64,000 bases of DNA from assembly GCA_036867785.1 (NCBI GenBank), contig CP145427.1, positions 496,001-560,000 of the forward strand, in the 5' to 3' direction. Made by a program: the position numbers and the translations under genes. The notes beneath the pieces were generated by a model, which was not told the origin of the DNA, ran no database searches, and saw only the letters and a program-made list of their open reading frames with translations. Shown piece by piece: positions 57,991-64,000 of the stretch (its first letter is position 1; each line of letters opens with the position of its first letter). The stretch is from Plasmodiophora brassicae. Its lineage: Eukaryota.

Positions 57991-60443
57991 CACGGCCAAA
58001 AGTTGAGATTCTCCTGAGGAGGTTTTTGGCGGGGAAATCTCCGTGGCACCATTCTTGCGGAGGCTCCGTGGGAGGTTTCTCGTCTCGGACCTCTGGTGGA
58101 GACTGCGGCTGGAGTCTCCCACGGAGTGGTGTGCAAAATACTCTTTCAAAGGTCGACGCCGAGCTCCTGTAGAACATTTTAACAGCGGACCTCCTGAGGA
58201 GGCCTTTCAAGGAGACTCCGTAGGAGGTCCTCAGTCGTGAAGCATGGCCACGACCCACGGCAATCTGTTCGCGTCCACATCGAATGGGTGATTGCGATTT
58301 TGTATTTATTGGATGAATGTATAGCAAATGCCGGTTAGGGTCGTTGGGGGCATCCCTTCGACCACGCTGTCGCAGGTTTCTCCGTCTCTCCTCTTTTCTA
58401 CGTTTGTCAACTTTCGTCAGCGGCCAGGCGCGGGCGTTGGACCAACGCGTCCACATGCATTAATGGTGATCGTAATTTTGTATTCGTAACGGAAGTCGTG
58501 ATGCGATCAGGGACACGCTCGTTATTCCCGTCGTCTTCTTCAGGGACGGGGTTCTTCGTTCCCCTCGACCTGTGGGTCGTCACCTTCGTAATGATCGTCA
58601 TTGATAGTTGTGCCGAACTTTTCCTTATCGTCCTCGATGTAATCCCACAATTCCTGGTTATAAACCGATCGACCCGATAGACATTGCTGCCAAAGCAGGA
58701 AGCCACAATATCGTCAACAACGATGGGGCCTACACCGGTTACAGTGATCATCGGAGTGTGAAGTACAGGTTCGCGGTGCCATTTCGCTGCCTGGTACGTC
58801 TCGCGGACAGAGGTTCCTAAGTCCTCTGCATGAATGTGCAGCCGTGAACGAACAAAAGGCTTGCATAGTTCGCGTTGAATCAACGCTATAGGTCGTTCAC
58901 ATAGTACCCATTGCCCAGTGGGGAGGTGAACTGTTTGGTGGGCTGGCCGATTCGAAAGCAGACGCGTCGATGGGTACTACGGACAGATTCGAGCGATGGC
59001 AAGTCGAAGCCGAGTTTGGTCCCCATAATGAACCAGATGTGTTTCAACTGCCCGAGCGATAATGGCCTTCGATCCATACGGGTGCCACTCAGCCGCCTCG
59101 GGCTCGACGTCATTGGACCATGCATCTCCTTCGGAAAACAGTTTATACATTCGGGCTGGGGAACGTCTTCTTCATCGTCGAAAAGCTCTCCAGTGGGGTC
59201 GATACAGTCGTTACCGTCGTTACAATCGATTCGGGCGCTGCCGCCTGCAGAGTCAGAATGCATCGGCTCGATGACGTCTTGCTCAATCGGGTGGAGTATA
59301 GCATCGGCTTCAGCAGACTGGTCACCAGTCTGGTCATTCTGATCGACGATCGAATCAACGGGATCAGTCGTGGTCAACAGGTGATTGAACGCAATGCTGC
59401 TTCGGACATGACCCTCGCGCGCCAAGTGCATGGCCAACGTTCGCGACCCACCAAGTCGGGCATTGCATGCTCGACACAAGAACCCGCCATGTTCAAGCTC
59501 AATAATCACGTTCTGGTCGAATGGCATATGATATGGCGAAATCGAAGTGGCAACCGGCGGCACTGACGACGTCGCGTATTGAAAAAGCGAGGCTCGCGCG
59601 CATGAAGAAAGAGTGCGAGACTGCGCATGACAGAATGTGCGACACTGTGCAGGAGGGGCCCATAATTTCTGCACAGTGCCCGCGCCGCGGTCATTTTGAA
59701 CAGACGCTCTCGCGAGAACGATGTCAAGGCTCGAGTCGCGGCCGGCTGTCCCTGAGGCTGCGGGGTGAAACCGGAGATCATCGGCCGGTTAAACTGTGCC
59801 CGTATCATATCAATAAAACGGCAGCTGGTACTTTATGTCCACGCCACCAATCAACAACGGATGATCCAAGACAGCCAAACCCCACGCCGATCACGAAGAA
59901 AGCCGGAACCAACTCTGGGGTAATAAAATGCAGATCGTGGCTGAATGCCCTCTGCCCTCATAACCCCAAAGGTTCGCGCGCCAATAACAAGAAATCCCAG
60001 CATCTGGCCGGTTGTTCGGTGTCCGGTTGATCAGCTGTTCACAAGTCACGCATTACAAACGCCTCCAAGACGACATCGTCAAGAAACAAACACCAGAACA
60101 GCATGATTACATAATAAACATAAGCTTCTTAGCTTGAAAATCATTACTGCTCCCGAGATCATTATAGAGTACTGTGGACGATCAGGAGGTTTCGGGGAGG
60201 TCCTGCAGGAGGTTTCGCGGAGGTCCTCCAGGAGGTTCTGGGGAGGTCCTGCGGAGGCCGTGGAAGGACCTTCTCAGGAGGTTTGTCCGAGCTCCTGAGG
60301 AGGTTTTGGCGAATGTCCGTTTGCCGTTTTTGGCGGATGCGGTTTGGAGGTCCTGCAGCCAAATTCCACACAGGAGATTCCGCAAAATACCCCTGAGGAG
60401 GTCCGCCAAATGCTCCCCAGGAGGCTCGCTAACTTTGGCCGTG
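57991..60443 (-). mobile_element. CMC-superfamily DNA transposon with CACGG ends, internally deleted
   Basis: TIR cacggccaaa(a)gtt / aactttggccgtg. 2-bp TSD ta. cctgaggaggt-type subterminal repeats. ORF relics include a C2H2-like CRAC...HLAREGH and RLHIHAED...ETYQAAKW...TPM. Confidence 0.82.
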
Positions 60444-61197
60444 TATAAAGGACGTCGCCCGGCCTCTGAATGAGGCAGACTGCCTTGTGGAATTCGCAGG
60501 CAGTCAACAGCGCCTCAATGTCGTCCTTGTAAGGACGACGTTTGTATCGGCCCGCCTTCTTTTTCGACCGCCAAGACTTGTAACGTTCGTCGCGCCTAAG
60601 CTGCTGCGGTCAGCATGCGGTATCAGTAGAAGGCAGGTCTTGCTCTTACGAAACAATAGACCATATTTTCAGCGCAACGTTACCGTCGTTCAAATGCAAT
60701 GCAAGGAAACGACTAAGTTCCTTGTGACAAGTCTACAGCAGTGGGTCTTAGCGACAGAGATCAGCGTCTTCACGAAGACTCGAACGCATTTACAGGGTCA
60801 CATTCGCACCAGTCTGGACCATGAACGCCATTCTGGACCAATGGATCCCGTCAGCGAACATCGACGAGTGGTTGGGAATTAACCGATGCGAAAATTCGTC
60901 CATCATGTTGACAGACGGATGATGGCCAATGAAAAGACCACTAAGAGGACGAAAGTTGAGTTCATGCATTGTCGCGATAAAGAAGGAACGACGTCGTACC
61001 GCAGCCGCTCTTCAGCGACGTAGTCCTCGATACCTTGGCGCACGTGGCTCTGAACAGTATCGCGGTAGGTTCGTACCGTATCGCGGGCGCGAATGAGCCG
61101 GCGATGACAGACCCCTACACCTTTACGATTCGTTTTCCAGGAGGGTTGACGAGCTGAAGCTGTCGTCAGCCGACAGAGACACCACCAAAGAGTAGTC

Positions 61198-61356
61198 GAT
61201 GACTGGACCGGCATTCGGCGCCGAATTCGACGCCGAATGCCGGTCCAGTCATCCGGATGTCGTAGTTTGCAGCACACCGCTCGCTATAGCCGACGTAAGG
61301 ATAGATGGGCGCAGACCAGGGCATTCGAATGCCCTGATCTGCGCCCATCTATCCTT
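61198..61356. repeat. Two adjacent loopless palindromes, 56 bp and 60 bp
   Basis: 61198-61253 centred on GAATTC and 61297-61356 centred on TTCGAA, one mismatched pair each. Confidence 0.9.
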
Positions 61357-61532
61357 GTCGATGCATTCGACAACATCTGGCAACGTCCTCGATGACGAGG
61401 CCGACGACGACGCCATGTGCGAAATGCCGCGCAGTCCGTGGCACGAAGGCTGTGAAGTTGTTGCAGACTCACCGCAAGGGAGCCCGTCTGCACATGTCCA
61501 GGTAGTGCCCGTTATCGCTTTCACCGGTTAGG

Positions 61533-64000
61533 TGTAGCAAACGCTTATACTGATAGTTGGTCAGTTCTTTTCTTCGGTGTTCAGGTCGTTCTTCAGCGGT
61601 AGGTGCGGGGCGTTGGAGAAGGCCGTTTGTTCATCCAGAGTACCAGTACTCAGATGATGCTGCTCAGATGCTGCTGCCACCCGGTCACATGATCATGACC
61701 GTACTCGACCCCGCAGCGGCCCTTGCTGTGACGATCCTGTCCAAATACATCAGTTCGTTATATCACCAGGCGCCGACTCTTGCGACCGACCGCCCCCGTA
61801 GTGGGCAGCGGCGGCGTTAGCACAGAAGCTTCTTGCGCAAAGAGCCCCAAGCAAACGAACTCACTTAATGGCAGGAGGTGGCCGCAGAGCGCCCGTTCGT
61901 CTACAGATGGAGGACGACGCCAGGACCAACTCCGATGCCGAGGCCAAGGAGCATGAATCGTCGACAGATGACGAAATCGATCGAGGGCTTCAGTCAACAA
62001 ACCTGCACGGTAAGAGCCCGATCTTTATGCCTTTGAAACCGCCCATCCTACGTACCCTGAGCCTTACGGCCAAGGACGGAATTAACGATTTCCTCAAGAA
62101 ATATAGGAAACACGTCGAGATCGTTAACGAGCGCCGACTGATCTACAAGGAGGATATTCATCCGCCAACGGTGAAGTCATGCATTACCGAGGACGTCCTC
62201 AGAGGGATGTCGAAATATCGCCTACGTCAACCCGCCAGCACGATCACGGATGGCGACATCATGAGCTACTTGAGGTCAGTCCAACGCAGGGAGGCTGATG
62301 TCGAGAGTTCGACAGACATCAAGGCGCTTCTCACGAAGACAGTGGTCATGAACCTGTCAATCAAGAGTATTGAGGAACGTGTCACGTCTTTCTTCGCCAA
62401 GTTCGATGAGCTAATCGACGACTATGGGCTACAAGACACATACGCCAAAGGAACGAAAGGAACCAAGCGCAAGATCAAGGTATTACGCGGAGGTATCCGT
62501 CCCACTGACCTTGCGGTTCTAGTCGAACGCGCGATCGAGTTCGGAGGGTGCAGGGACGCTGAGAAGGACGAGCTCAAATTCTTCGACCTCGTCGACCGTC
62601 TTGCCAAAGAGCAGGACAAACACTTCCGGCTGCAAGCTGAGAAGAAGAAGTCTCCAGCGCAGACCATGTCCCCACCTGCAGGTAAGAAAGGTAAGGACGT
62701 TGTTGCTCCGAATAGGAATGGCGGCAAGCATCCGACAAATCCGATCGGACTGAAGACAGCTCAATCGTCCACATCGCAAACGAAAGACGAATCGAGGGAC
62801 ATCCCCGAGCACATCCGAAAACGTTTCGAAGGTAAGGATCCTCCAAAGGCAGGTTGCCTAATCTGCAAGGAGCAGCACTGGGTCCAAGTGTGCCCGAAGG
62901 CAACTCAAGGAGAACGCAAAGCTGCCATTGAAAAGTTCCAGAAAGAGCGCAAAGAGAAGGAGGAGAGTAAGGGCAACGCAGACACGGCAAAGCGCATGGG
63001 CCCGCCGTCGCCGTCAACACCGTCCCCTATGAGACTTCGCTTCCAGAACTCGCTCGACCTTCCATTCGAAGCCGATAGTGGTGCGACGAAGACCGTCATT
63101 TCGCAGTCGCAACTGCTACGGATTCAAGCCATCCAGCATGTCCCAGTCAAAGTTTTCGACCATCCAACGGAGGCGAAACTTGCGACGATCGGGGCTACGA
63201 CAACAATTGTCGCCACAGCGATCGTGGACATCACCATTGTCCCACCTTCCCATGGCAAACCTGCACATCTACGCGGGCGGGAAATCAACGTATGTCGCGA
63301 AGACCTATCTGATGATATTGTCCTTTTAGGAGCCCCGGAACTGGACGCGTTGGGTATCAATCCAGCTACACAACTGAAGGAGATGTTAATCGAGGCAAAT
63401 GGTCCTATCATCATCGAAGCGGATCCGACCCCGGAACGTCACGCCCCAGGTGGTCAAGGGATCACGATGAGAGCGGTAAGACACCCGGAGGTAAGTGGAA
63501 CAACTCGCGATCATGAGCCCCAATTGGACACCAATGATCCGGGTGACGACTATGATGTCGAAATCGGAGAACACTCCGATACAGACGTGGACAGGGCAAT
63601 AGACCGGATGATACAACGTGCAACTGACTCCGGTTTCCCTAACGATCAAGTCCCGCGTCTACGCACAACTGTCAATCGACACAAAGACATATGGCGAACG
63701 AAGCTTGGCCGTGATCCACCTGCGAAAGTAAGTCCACTGAAACTACACTTCAAAGCAGATGCTCGTCCTGTTCGTTGCCGAACACGAAGGTATACCCTCG
63801 AACATCAAAAATTCATGGATGATCACGTAGGAACCTTGGCGGAAAACGATTTTGTGTACCGCAATCCGCACAGCAGGTACGCGTCGCCGTGTCTGGTCGT
63901 CGACAAGAAGGACACGGAGGTTCGCGGCCATCGGCTGACCGTCGACATCAATGAAGCCGTCAACAAACAGACCGAACGCATTGCATGGCCGATGCCTCAC
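61533..64000 (+). mobile_element. 5' part of Ty3/gypsy element 5 (runs off the window)
   Basis: Putative 5' LTR 61533-61824 with imperfect inverted ends tgtagcaaacgc / gcgttagcaca. The second LTR is outside the window. Confidence 0.75.
61868..64000 (+). CDS. gag-pol of element 5, partial and apparently open to the window end
   Basis: ATG at 61868; knuckle CLICKEQHWVQVC; protease EADSGAT; RT start YASPCLVV...HRLTVDI...AWPMPH. Confidence 0.82.
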   Translation, partial: MAGGGRRAPVRLQMEDDARTNSDAEAKEHESSTDDEIDRGLQSTNLHGKSPIFMPLKPPILRTLSLTAKDGINDFLKKYRKHVEIVNERRLIYKEDIHPPTVKSCITEDVLRGMSKYRLRQPASTITDGDIMSYLRSVQRREADVESSTDIKALLTKTVVMNLSIKSIEERVTSFFAKFDELIDDYGLQDTYAKGTKGTKRKIKVLRGGIRPTDLAVLVERAIEFGGCRDAEKDELKFFDLVDRLAKEQDKHFRLQAEKKKSPAQTMSPPAGKKGKDVVAPNRNGGKHPTNPIGLKTAQSSTSQTKDESRDIPEHIRKRFEGKDPPKAGCLICKEQHWVQVCPKATQGERKAAIEKFQKERKEKEESKGNADTAKRMGPPSPSTPSPMRLRFQNSLDLPFEADSGATKTVISQSQLLRIQAIQHVPVKVFDHPTEAKLATIGATTTIVATAIVDITIVPPSHGKPAHLRGREINVCREDLSDDIVLLGAPELDALGINPATQLKEMLIEANGPIIIEADPTPERHAPGGQGITMRAVRHPEVSGTTRDHEPQLDTNDPGDDYDVEIGEHSDTDVDRAIDRMIQRATDSGFPNDQVPRLRTTVNRHKDIWRTKLGRDPPAKVSPLKLHFKADARPVRCRTRRYTLEHQKFMDDHVGTLAENDFVYRNPHSRYASPCLVVDKKDTEVRGHRLTVDINEAVNKQTERIAWPMPH

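Larger units (their letters stand above)
57281..60658. repeat. Inverted duplication with about 435-bp arms and a 53-nt spacer; the right arm is split by a transposon
   Basis: 57281-57715 is the reverse complement of 57769-57990 plus 60446-60658. Confidence 0.9.

Overview
This is eukaryotic genomic DNA, GC-rich, with short GT-AG introns of about 50-80 nt. The gene style (short introns, secreted ankyrin family, GRK) suggests a protist such as a plasmodiophorid; that is inference, not established. The left ~25 kb is gene-bearing: an intact CDC20, a tandem family of signal-peptide ankyrin genes (one intact, one split by a young LTR retrotransposon, one degenerate), the first two each paired tail-to-tail with a duplicated CDC20 3' fragment, two coiled-coil ORFs, an OLE1-type delta-9 desaturase, and an RGS-GRK kinase ending in CaaX. 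From ~24.5 kb onward the window is a deeply nested transposon cluster that can be rebuilt from target-site duplications (TSDs). Counting the element at 5.8 kb, the window holds five related Ty3/gypsy elements (four with a visible chromodomain), plus solo LTRs, a TRIM, a tRNA-type SINE, a hAT MITE, two CMC/EnSpm-like elements, a Sola-type fragment and a piggyBac-like ORF with an embedded YqaJ nuclease domain. The most striking observation is that all five gypsy elements carry a different perfect 10-12 bp palindrome exactly at the primer-binding-site position instead of a tRNA-3'-end complement, which suggests tRNA-independent priming. Separately, the TRIM has a PBS resembling the anticodon arm of tRNA-Asn (possible half-tRNA priming). 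All calls are by eye; no database searches were run.
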